Shown here: one piece after another, positions 10,301 through 19,207 of the stretch | Position numbering within the stretch: position 1 is the first letter of the stretch | Layout of the letters: every line of letters begins with the position of its first letter | DNA from: an uncultured bacterium | GTDB taxonomy: Bacteria; Acidobacteriota; HRBIN11; JAKEFK01 | Direction: 5' to 3' | DNA length: 64,000 nucleotides | NCBI GenBank assembly: GCA_963777505.1 | Contig: CAVZQN010000004.1 | Coordinates: 128,001-192,000, forward strand | The notes under the pieces: generated by a model | Databases searched by the model: none | What the model saw: only the letters and a program-made list of their open reading frames with translations | What the model was told of the DNA's origin: nothing | Made by a program: the position numbers and the translations under genes

Positions 10301-11250
10301 GACTGCACCGGCCGCATTAATTCAACAAAAATTTCTTCCAGTGAGATACCCCGAATTTCAAAACGTTCGATTCGCCACTTTTGAGAAATTTCAGCAAGCT
10401 GCTGCAGACATGCCGCTTCTTCACCTTCAAACAGCATTTCTGCATCCCTGCCCTCATGTGAAAGTGAAAGTGGCCGTAGCGATTTCAGAGATTCAAAAGC
10501 TTCAGATTGTTCCTCTTCAAAAGTAAGTGATACATGAAACCGTTTGTGCGTAAGTGAACGAAGACGGTCCATGCTTCCACTTGCGATTGTCTTACCATGA
10601 TTCAAAATGACAATGTGATCGCACAGCGCTTCAGCTTCTTCCAATAATTGCGTAGTCAAGAAAATTGTTTTGCCTTGTTTTGAAAGCTCGCGTATTGAAT
10701 CAAGAGTCTGGCGTTTGATGATCGGATCCATGCCTGTTGTCGCTTCATCCAGAAAAAGCAGGGGAGAATCAACAAGAAAGGCTTTTGCAACTTGAAGTCT
10801 TCTGCGCATTCCCACGCTTAAATCCTGCGCTTTCTCTTTTCGTTTGTCTTTTAATTCGAATTGTTCAAGAACTTTCCCAACACGAATCGAAGTTTCTTTT
10901 GCGGTTAGTCCATGAAGACGGGCATAAATCTGGAGGTTATCCCAAACAGACAACAATGTTTCAACAGCAGTTTCCTGAAGAACAACCCCTATTTTTCTCC
11001 GTACATTTAAAGAATCTGTTAGAACATTATGTCCAAAGATCCTGGCACTACCTGAAGTCGGTTGCGTAATCGTTGTAAGGATTCGAACCATTGTTGACTT
11101 CCCTGCGCCATTTGGACCCAACAGCCCGAAGATCTCTCCTTCGTTGACAGTGAAACTAACCCCATCGAGTGCGCGAATTTCCTGCTTCATCCGTCCACGG
11201 TATGTTTTAACGATATTTTCGACTTCGATTATCTTTTGCATTTCAACCAC
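10297..11250 (-). CDS. ABC transporter ATP-binding protein (DrrA/NodI-like)
   Basis: Walker A GPNGAGKS, signature LSVGM, Walker B LFLDE; overlaps the permease start. Confidence 0.93.
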   Translation of the reverse strand: MVEMQKIIEVENIVKTYRGRMKQEIRALDGVSFTVNEGEIFGLLGPNGAGKSTMVRILTTITQPTSGSARIFGHNVLTDSLNVRRKIGVVLQETAVETLLSVWDNLQIYARLHGLTAKETSIRVGKVLEQFELKDKRKEKAQDLSVGMRRRLQVAKAFLVDSPLLFLDEATTGMDPIIKRQTLDSIRELSKQGKTIFLTTQLLEEAEALCDHIVILNHGKTIASGSMDRLRSLTHKRFHVSLTFEEEQSEAFESLKSLRPLSLSHEGRDAEMLFEGEEAACLQQLAEISQKWRIERFEIRGISLEEIFVELMRPVQS

Positions 11251-11277
11251 GATGACACAGAGATATCATATAGGTGA

Positions 11278-11967
11278 ATGGGTACCTCTCGCATACTAGT
11301 TGTTGATGATGAACCTCAGATCACTCGTGTACTGCGCCGAAGTCTTTCTTCTCAAGGATATGAAGTGCAGGTTGCCGAAGATGGCGAAGAAGCTCTTGCC
11401 GTCTTCAAACAATGGAAACCTGAACTTGTTATTACGGATTTATCAATGCCTGGAATGGGCGGACTTGAATTGTGCCGGCGTATTCGAAAAATTTCGAGTA
11501 TTCCAATAATTGTTTTGTCAGTGAAAGGTGAAGAATCAACAAAAGTCGAAGCTCTGGATACAGGAGCGGATGATTACATTACCAAACCGTTCGGTGTCGA
11601 TGAACTCTTTGCACGTATCCGGGTTTCGTTGCGTCATGGAGCCGTGCCTCATGTTGAAGAAGGAACAAAACTGGAAATTGGAGATTTTAAGATAGATCAA
11701 GCCACACGCAACGTAACTGTCCGGAATAAGGAAGTTCATCTAACCCCGAAGGAGTACGAAATCCTTTTGCATTTCTTACGGAATCCAAATCGCATTCTCA
11801 CGCATCGAGCTCTGTTAGGCGCGCTTTGGGGCGGAGAGTTTGTAGATCAAAATGAATATCTTCGTGTGTTTATAGGGCAGCTTCGTAAGAAAATAGAACT
11901 TGATCCTGCAAAACCGCAGTACATTTTGACCGAACCCTGGGTCGGCTACAGATTCAAAGTTGAATAA
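11278..11967 (+). CDS. kdpE: KdpE response regulator (OmpR family)
   Basis: REC (VVDD, ITDLSMP, TKPF) plus wHTH with KdpE-typical EVHLTPKEY, YLRVFIGQLRKKIE and TEPWVGYRF; kdp context. Confidence 0.92.
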   Translation: MGTSRILVVDDEPQITRVLRRSLSSQGYEVQVAEDGEEALAVFKQWKPELVITDLSMPGMGGLELCRRIRKISSIPIIVLSVKGEESTKVEALDTGADDYITKPFGVDELFARIRVSLRHGAVPHVEEGTKLEIGDFKIDQATRNVTVRNKEVHLTPKEYEILLHFLRNPNRILTHRALLGALWGGEFVDQNEYLRVFIGQLRKKIELDPAKPQYILTEPWVGYRFKVE

Positions 11968-12030
11968 GAAAAGTCTTTGTGCCTTTAGCGGTTAAAAACT
12001 GTGTACCTTAAGACAAAATGAAGAAATGGA

Positions 12031-13137
12031 GTGGTTATCTTATATGGAACTGCCGGCTTAGTGCTGGCAGTTTTGCTTCTATTTCCATTCCGGGAACAGA
12101 TCAATTCCACTCCCGTTGCTTTAACTTTTCTTATTTTAGTTCTGCTTATGGCAGCAATCTTTGGCACATTCCCGGCTATTGTGATGTCGATAGCTTCCAT
12201 GCTTTGTTTTAATTATTTCTTTTTGCCTCCTTACCATACGTTCACAATTACAGACCCACAGAACTGGATTGCACTCTTTGCTTTTCTTGTGACATCAATC
12301 ATCGCAGGAAGTCTTTCTGGAAGAGTGAGGAAACGAGCTGAAGAATCAGAACGTCTTTATCTGGAGCTTCAAGAAATGTTCAAAAAAGCAAGTCAGGCTG
12401 ATGCAATTAAGCAACGAGAGCAGTTGAAGTCAGCTTTACTGGATGCTGTAACTCATGATTTGAGAACTCCTTTGACATCGATGAAAGCTGCAGTTACTAC
12501 GTTGTTAGCAGAGAGTGAATCGACTTTGGATGTTGAAGGCCGGCGAGAAATGCTGGAAGTCATTGATACTGAGATTGACCGATTAAATCATCATCTCGAA
12601 GGCCTGATCGAAATTGCGAAACTTGAAGCGGGAGCAATGCAGCCTCGCCGCATGTGGTCAAGCATTGAAGAAATCATTTCTAATACTCTCGCGCGTGCGT
12701 CAGGGATCACAGCTTCTCACATAATAAAAGTCGAATATGAAGAGAACTTGCCACCAGTTCGTATCGATGAAAAAGCTATTGCAGAAGTCTTGTATCTTTT
12801 GATTGAAAACGCCACAAAATATGCTCCGGTTGAGTCTGAGATTAACGTAAAAGTACAACAAACTGCTGATTTCCTGAAGGTAATTGTCGAAGATCAAGGT
12901 GCAGGGATTCCGGTTGAACTTCGGGAAAAGGTTTTTGACAAATTTTTCCGTTTTGATCCTGTCAATCTTTCGCCGCGTCCGCGTCTTGTTGGGCTCGGAA
13001 TGGGGCTTGCAATTTCGCGTGGAATTATTGAAGCACACTCAGGAAGGATATGGGTTGAAGATACCTCAAGCGGCAAGGGGACTCGCATATGCTTCACCCT
13101 TCCTTTGATGCAATCGGAAGTAAAAGTAGAAGTTTGA
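12031..13137 (+). CDS. kdpD: KdpD-like transmitter kinase (DUF4118-HisKA-HATPase), no KdpD/Usp/GAF sensor domains
   Basis: 4 TM with FNYFFLPPYHTFTI; intact VTHDLRTPL, ENATKY, DQGAGIP, FDKFFR, GLGMGLAI. The true start may be ATG 12018 with a +1 indel (MKKWSGYL-YGTAG). Confidence 0.85.
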   Translation: MVILYGTAGLVLAVLLLFPFREQINSTPVALTFLILVLLMAAIFGTFPAIVMSIASMLCFNYFFLPPYHTFTITDPQNWIALFAFLVTSIIAGSLSGRVRKRAEESERLYLELQEMFKKASQADAIKQREQLKSALLDAVTHDLRTPLTSMKAAVTTLLAESESTLDVEGRREMLEVIDTEIDRLNHHLEGLIEIAKLEAGAMQPRRMWSSIEEIISNTLARASGITASHIIKVEYEENLPPVRIDEKAIAEVLYLLIENATKYAPVESEINVKVQQTADFLKVIVEDQGAGIPVELREKVFDKFFRFDPVNLSPRPRLVGLGMGLAISRGIIEAHSGRIWVEDTSSGKGTRICFTLPLMQSEVKVEV

Positions 13138-13149
13138 TTCTGCCTTCAT

Positions 13150-13188
13150 ACTTACAATATCTTTACGGACTCTTTACTACTTCTTTAC
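13150..13188 (+). promoter_or_regulatory. Putative KdpE-binding direct repeats
   Basis: ACTTAC/CTTTAC/CTTTAC/CTTTAC at 13150, 13161, 13172 and 13183 (11-bp period); resembles the E. coli TTTATA-N5-TTTACA box. Confidence 0.7.
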
Positions 13189-13220
13189 GTTAGCCGCATC
13201 AAAATCAAATCAGGTGAATT

Positions 13221-15890
13221 GTGGAAAGTGAACGTCCGGATCCTGAGCGTTTGTTAAGGCAAATAAAGGCAGAAGAACGAGAGTCGTCTCGTGCAAAGCT
13301 AAAACTGTTTTTCGGACCCTATCCCGGAGTTGGAAAAACATACGCCATGCTTGAAGCAGCTCGGGAAAGAAAAAAGCAAGGCGTTGATGTTGTTGTCGGG
13401 ATTGTTGAAACGCATGGCCGCCCTGAAACAACTGCTTTATTAAAAGACATGGAGATCCTCCCCAGGAAGGAAATTCCTTACAAAGGTGTGGTTTTAAAAG
13501 AATTCGATCTGGATGCAGCTCTCGCACGAAAGCCAGAAATCATTTTGATTGATGAACTCGCCCATTCAAATCCTTCAGAGAGTCGGCATGCGAAGAGATG
13601 GCAGGATGTGGAGGAGCTTCTAAATGAAGGAATTTCCGTTTATACAACATTGAATGTTCAGCATTGGGAAAGTTTGAATGATGTTGTAGCGCAAATTACA
13701 GGGATCAAAGTTCGTGAAACGGTTCCGGATAGTTTTCTTGAGAAAGCTCATGAAGTGGAACTTGTTGATTTGCCTCCTGCGGATTTATTAAAACGTCTGG
13801 CGGAAGGGAAAGTATATATGGGTGATCAGGCGATCCGCGCAGCAGAAAACTTTTTCCAAACAGGAAACTTAATTGCACTGAGAGAACTTGCATTGCGTCA
13901 TACCGCGGAACGTGTGGACGCAGAAATGCAAGAATTTAAGAATCGATATGCAATCACAAAGGTCCTTCCGGTACGAGAAAGGCTTTTAGTAGGGATTACT
14001 GCCTCGCCAAATTCGCGCAGATTAATTAGAGCGACATTGCGGCTGGCTACAAGTTTGCGATGCGAATGGATTACGCTTTACGTTCAAACTGCAGAGCACG
14101 AAAAATTACCTGCGGATCAAAAAGCGCGAATTATCGATACGCTTCGTCTTGCTGAGAGATTGGGTGGAGAAACCGCAGTTCTGACTGGACAAGATGTTTC
14201 TGAAGAGTTGCTCGCGTACGCAAGAGAGCGAAATGTTACAAAGATAGTCTTAGGAAAACCCTCCAGGCCGCGTTGGAAAGAAATTGTTTTTGGATCAACA
14301 GTCAATGAGATTGCGCGGCGTTCAGGCGAAATTGATTTGTATGTGATTAGCGCAGCAAATCTGTCAGATGAAAAAGTCGTTCGCTATAACCGGGCGGAGG
14401 AGCGTCCATCAAATCGTGGAATCGTTGTCGCAATTCTCCTTATTGCGCTTTGTACGGTTTTAGGATGGGCGCTGATTCAATATCTCGACCGCGCAAATCT
14501 AATCATGTCTTATCTGCTTGCCGTTGTATGGCTCTCTTATAAATATGGAAGACGTACGGGAATTGTTGCTTCCGTTTTGAGTGTACTGTGTTTTGATTTC
14601 TTTCTCGTTCCTCCTTACCTGACCTTCCGTGTTACAGACACTGAATACATCATCACTTTTGTTGGGATGCTTGTTGTTTCACTTTTTATCAGCACAATCA
14701 CCGGCCGTCTCGGTTCACTTGTTAAAGCCACCAGAGGGAGAGAAAGAAGGTTAAGAACTTTGTACAAATTAAGCCGGACACTTGCTGAAATTCCTGAACC
14801 GATGGCGATGCTTCAAGCAGCATGGCAACAGCTAAATGATTTTTACAAAATGCCTGTGATTTTGCTAACACCTGACACCACAGGAAAGTTAAGAATTAGC
14901 GCAGGGGATCCGGAGAGATTTGAATTTGCTGGGAATGATGTTCAAGCTGCTGAATGGGTTTTTCGAAATGAAGAAATTGCAGGACGCGGCAGCCAAACAC
15001 TCGCTGGCTCTAAGGGGACCTATATTCCGCTTCGAGGGAGAGAAAAGTCTGTAGGAGTTCTTGGGATCCGCTTAGAGCAAGATTCCGATTTGATTGACCC
15101 CGAACAACTTCGTTTAATGGAAACTTTTGCAGTAGTCATTGGAAGTGCGCTCGAAAGCAAAGAATTATCCGAACAAGCTGGAAAAGCAACAGCATCAATG
15201 GAAGCCGAAAGGTTACGGAATCTTGTGTTGCGATCATTTTCTTTTGATTTAGCCGCACCTTCTCAACAGATTGTGGAGGTAGCGAGCCATTTAAGGAATT
15301 CTCCCGATTTGTCTCAAAATAAAATGCAGGAAGCGATCCAATCTATATGTGAGAATTCGGAACACATTTTTAAGGTTGCATCGAATCTTCCTCATTATCT
15401 GGAAGAGGAAATTCCAGTACTCTCCGATAACATTCTTCCCAGTAACATAGCGCAGGAACTCAATGAAGATGTTCCGCTTTCCATATATCTCAGCACGGAA
15501 AGGATTTTATTTTTCCCTGCTGAAACAACCAGGAAAGAAGTGTTTGAATCGTTGATTCACACCTTAAAGCTTTCGAATGAAAGAGAAGCATTCAAACTAC
15601 TTGCTGAAAGAGAAGAAGCGGGCGGAATTTTGATCAGACCAAATGTTGCAATTCCTCATACAACAATTGATGGTGTTGATGGTGTAAAGGCTTCATTAGG
15701 AATTCAAAAGACAGAAACCGGTACTCCTTTCTTCTGGTTGCTGTTTGTTTCAGGTCCAGATGCAATTCGTCAGCATCTCGAGTTTTTGAAGAGTGCAGCA
15801 CAAACGCTTTCTGACGAAGTTCTGGGAGAATTGTCGAATACAGATAATTCAGGAAAAGTGCTGAGAATATTAGCTGCAAGCGGGGTTTGA
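13221..15890 (+). CDS. kdpD: KdpD sensor (KdpD-Usp-DUF4118-GAF) with a degenerate DHp and a C-terminal PTS EIIA domain in place of HATPase
   Basis: GVGKTYAML, LIDELAH, KRWQDVEELL, LRELALR; Usp; 4 TM; GAF; H-box reads SFSFDLAAP; C-terminus EREEAGG..NVAIPH...HLEFL matches PTS_EIIA_2. Confidence 0.9.
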   Translation: MESERPDPERLLRQIKAEERESSRAKLKLFFGPYPGVGKTYAMLEAARERKKQGVDVVVGIVETHGRPETTALLKDMEILPRKEIPYKGVVLKEFDLDAALARKPEIILIDELAHSNPSESRHAKRWQDVEELLNEGISVYTTLNVQHWESLNDVVAQITGIKVRETVPDSFLEKAHEVELVDLPPADLLKRLAEGKVYMGDQAIRAAENFFQTGNLIALRELALRHTAERVDAEMQEFKNRYAITKVLPVRERLLVGITASPNSRRLIRATLRLATSLRCEWITLYVQTAEHEKLPADQKARIIDTLRLAERLGGETAVLTGQDVSEELLAYARERNVTKIVLGKPSRPRWKEIVFGSTVNEIARRSGEIDLYVISAANLSDEKVVRYNRAEERPSNRGIVVAILLIALCTVLGWALIQYLDRANLIMSYLLAVVWLSYKYGRRTGIVASVLSVLCFDFFLVPPYLTFRVTDTEYIITFVGMLVVSLFISTITGRLGSLVKATRGRERRLRTLYKLSRTLAEIPEPMAMLQAAWQQLNDFYKMPVILLTPDTTGKLRISAGDPERFEFAGNDVQAAEWVFRNEEIAGRGSQTLAGSKGTYIPLRGREKSVGVLGIRLEQDSDLIDPEQLRLMETFAVVIGSALESKELSEQAGKATASMEAERLRNLVLRSFSFDLAAPSQQIVEVASHLRNSPDLSQNKMQEAIQSICENSEHIFKVASNLPHYLEEEIPVLSDNILPSNIAQELNEDVPLSIYLSTERILFFPAETTRKEVFESLIHTLKLSNEREAFKLLAEREEAGGILIRPNVAIPHTTIDGVDGVKASLGIQKTETGTPFFWLLFVSGPDAIRQHLEFLKSAAQTLSDEVLGELSNTDNSGKVLRILAASGV

Positions 15891-15891
15891 C

Positions 15892-16635
15892 ATGCAATTT
15901 AAGAAACTCATGGGTTACATAGCATCGGTGGGAACAATCGCTCTGACGGTTTTACTTTTCAAGCGCATTTTCTCGGATGCTACACCGGCAACCGTCGCTC
16001 TTATACTCGTTGTTGAGGTGTTGTTCGCAGCAACTTTTGGCGGATTCGGTCCTGGACTTTTAGCAGCTGTAATAGCAGCATTGTCATTCAATTTCTTTTT
16101 CCTTCCTCCTTATGGAACTTTCACGATTGCCCATCCTGCAGATGTTGTATCGTTTTTTGTCTTCCTTTCAACTGCAATTGTTGTGAGCAAATTATCCTCT
16201 GCCGTGCGACAACGTGCAGTAGAAGCAGAGCGCAGAAAAGATGAAGTAGAGCATCTTTATCAGTTTGCAAAGGTACTGATTGAAACTCCCGATACTCTTG
16301 AAGGTGCATCATCCATCGCCAGCAAGATCGTTGAAATTTTCCGAGTAAAGTATGCAGGCATCTATGTTCCTGACAAAAGCGGCAAATGGAAACATGTATC
16401 AGTGAGTTCAAATGAGCTTAAGGACATAGCTCTACCTCAGCCGGAAACATTACGAAGCAACACAATCGCCGAGATGATTGATGAATATGGGAAGGGGGTC
16501 CAATACACGGTTATGAACACTCCTTCTCGAAACATTGGCGTGATAGCGTTGCGTGCACCTGATCTGTCCAAGGATACGATCGCAGCCATTGCAAGTCTCG
16601 TTGCTCTTACTGTTGAAAGAAATCGGTTAATCTAG
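15892..16635 (+). CDS. DUF4118 (KdpD TM) plus GAF-like protein with no kinase domain
   Basis: FNFFFLPPYGTFTI, 4 TM, coiled coil EAERRKDEVEHLY, GAF-like region; ends at ALTVERNRLI*; starts 1 bp after the upstream stop. Confidence 0.85.
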   Translation: MQFKKLMGYIASVGTIALTVLLFKRIFSDATPATVALILVVEVLFAATFGGFGPGLLAAVIAALSFNFFFLPPYGTFTIAHPADVVSFFVFLSTAIVVSKLSSAVRQRAVEAERRKDEVEHLYQFAKVLIETPDTLEGASSIASKIVEIFRVKYAGIYVPDKSGKWKHVSVSSNELKDIALPQPETLRSNTIAEMIDEYGKGVQYTVMNTPSRNIGVIALRAPDLSKDTIAAIASLVALTVERNRLI

Positions 16636-16727
16636 GTTTCAGACACTCAATAACAGCGCGACTTGCGTTTTTTTCTGCACCCTTTAAGATATCTTCACAC
16701 ATTGAGGCAGAGGGGATATAAACTCCA

Positions 16728-19104
16728 TTGATTGATCAGACGATTTCGCATTACACCATTCTCAAAAAGCTTGGTGGCGGTGGAATGGGAGTCGTGTATG
16801 AAGCGGAGGATCTTAGCCTCAAACGTCATGTTGCACTCAAATTCCTTCCTGAATCGGTAGCTGAGACTCCGGAGACGCTTGAACGTTTCCGGCGGGAAGC
16901 ACAATCAGCATCTGCGCTTAATCATCCAAATATCTGCACGATATACGAAATTGGTGAACACGATGGTCGTCCTTTCATTGCAATGGAGATGATGAAGGGT
17001 GAGACCTTGAAGCATGCGATTGATGGAAAGCCAATGGAGATTGATACCGTGCTCGATCTGGGGGCACAAATTGCAGATGCGCTCGATGCTGCGCATACGG
17101 AAAGGATTATTCACCGTGACATTAAGCCGGCAAACATATTCGTCACAGAACGTGGCCAGGCAAAGCTGCTGGATTTTGGATTGGCAAAACAGGGAACAGC
17201 AGCGACTGGAGATACTGAAATGCCAACGGCCAGTACTCCGGCACAATTGACGCAAGCTGGTTCTACTCTGGGCACATTTGCGTATATGTCCCCCGAACAA
17301 GCGCGCGGCAAAGTGCTTGATTCGCGTACCGATCTTTTCTCTTATGGAGTTGTGCTCTATGAAATGGTAACCGGCACCCAACCTTTTGTTGGCAGCAGTA
17401 CAGGCGAAGTATTGGAAGCTATTTTTACAAAGGTACCAGTGTCGCCTGTGCGCTTAAATCCGAATATTCCTGTAGAACTAGAACGCATCATATATAAGGC
17501 GCTCGAAAAGGATCCCAATCTGCGATACCGAAGCGCCGCTGATATTCGAACTGATCTTCAACGATTGAAGAGAGACACTCTTTCCAGCGTTCCAGGCAGC
17601 ACTGTTGCAAGAGATACAGCTACAAAAATCCACTCAGCAAAAAAGTCACGGACACTCTGGGTTGGTGTCACAGCTGCAGTGGCAACAATAGTTCTGCTTG
17701 TAGTTTTCTGGCTAGGCCAAAAACCGAAGACCGCAGTGCAAACTACTGGTCCGATTTCGATAGCCGTGCTCCCGTTTGTAAACATGAGTGCGGATAAAAA
17801 TCAGGAATATTTTTCCGATGGCCTTTCAGAACAATTGCTAAACGATCTGGCCAAAACTCGTGGCTTGCGCGTAATCGCAAGAACTTCGTCTTTTCAATTT
17901 AAGGGAAAGAATGAAGACCTTCGTGTGATTGGTAAAAAATTGGATGTTGCAAATATATTGGAAGGAAGTGTACGGAAAGAGGGGAATAAAGTGCGAATTA
18001 CTGCGCAATTAATTCAAACTTCAGATGGATCCCATTTATGGTCTGATACCTATGATCGAGAACTAAATGATGTTTTTGCGGTGCAGGATGATATTGCACG
18101 ATCCGTAGCTGGAGCATTGAAGGTCACGCTTCTAGGACAAACAGCAAGTAGTTCAAAGTCACAAAATGCGGAAGCATATAACCTTTACCTGCAAGGTCGT
18201 TACTTCCAAGATCGAAGCACCATGGAAGACCTTCAGAAGGCGACAAACTCTTTTGAGCAAGCACTTCAACTTGAGCCTGGCTATGCTCTGGCCCACGCAG
18301 GCTTAGCCAGTATTTACTTTAGGCAGGCAGGTTTGGGCCACCTCGCCGCTGTTGAAGGCTTTGAAAAAACGCGGAATGAGGTAGAAAAAGCGCTGAAGAC
18401 CGATCCAAATTTGGCCGAGGCCTACGCAATGCTAGGGCGGGTCCAATTGAATTATGACTGGGATTGGGCCGGTGCCGATGCTTCCTTTCAGAGAGCGTTG
18501 GAACTGGAACCAGGGAACGCGAGAGCAGTTCGGAACGCTGCCGTTCTTGCTGGTACTCTTGGCAGGTTTGAAGAAGCCATTGAACTGAATCTGAAAGCAA
18601 TCGACCTCGATCCTCTAAACATCGGAAGCTATTTGAATCTCGCAAGCTGGTACCACTCTGCCGGCCGGTTGAAGGAGTCAGAGTCCACAACGGCGAAGGC
18701 CTTGAAGCTAAATCCACAATTTCCTGGTGCACACTATCGGATTTTCCTTCTCTACCTGGACACAAATCCGCAAGCGGCACTTGCTGAGATAAAGCGCGAA
18801 ACAGAGCCAATCTGGCGCGACCAAGGTCTCGCTCTGGTTACCTATGCGATGGGGAATAAAAAAGAGGCGGACAAAGTACTTGACAAAGTATATTGAAGAT
18901 TCCCAGACTATCGCGGCTTTTCAGATCGCCCAGATTTATGCCTACCGTCGTGAAACGGATTACACATTCGAATGGCTTGAACGTGCTTATCAACAACATG
19001 ACGGTGGTCTTGCCGAAATGAAAGGCGATCCGTTGCTGCGCAACATCGAAAATGACCCACGATATGCGGCATTCCTGAAAAAAATGAAACTGCCTCTGGA
19101 TTAA
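16728..19104 (+). CDS. Hanks-type Ser/Thr kinase with TM, TolB-like and TPR domains (one apparent +1 frameshift near 18880)
   Basis: [30 protein letters not shown]; SIAVLPF..YFSDGL; TPRs; the C-terminal [19 protein letters not shown] is in the next frame. Confidence 0.9.
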
Positions 19105-19135
19105 ATACGACGATTCACGTCTGATTAACCTCCGT

Positions 19136-19174
19136 CTTTACGAACTTTTTATTCCCCTCTTTCTCCTTTCTTAC
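19136..19174 (+). promoter_or_regulatory. Putative KdpE-binding direct repeats upstream of the porin-kdpFABC genes
   Basis: CTTTAC/TTTTAT/TCTTTC/TCTTAC at 19136, 19147, 19158 and 19169 (11-bp period), followed by a -10-like TAACAT at 19186. Confidence 0.6.
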
Positions 19175-19207
19175 GGATCGCCCACTAACATTATCCGTGG
19201 TGATAAT

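Noticed and set aside
15200-15890. KdpD-EIIA fusion as a frameshift artefact
   Set aside because: The degenerate DHp, linker and EIIA are in one continuous 889-aa frame, the H-box changes are multiple substitutions, and I saw no HATPase motifs in the other frames
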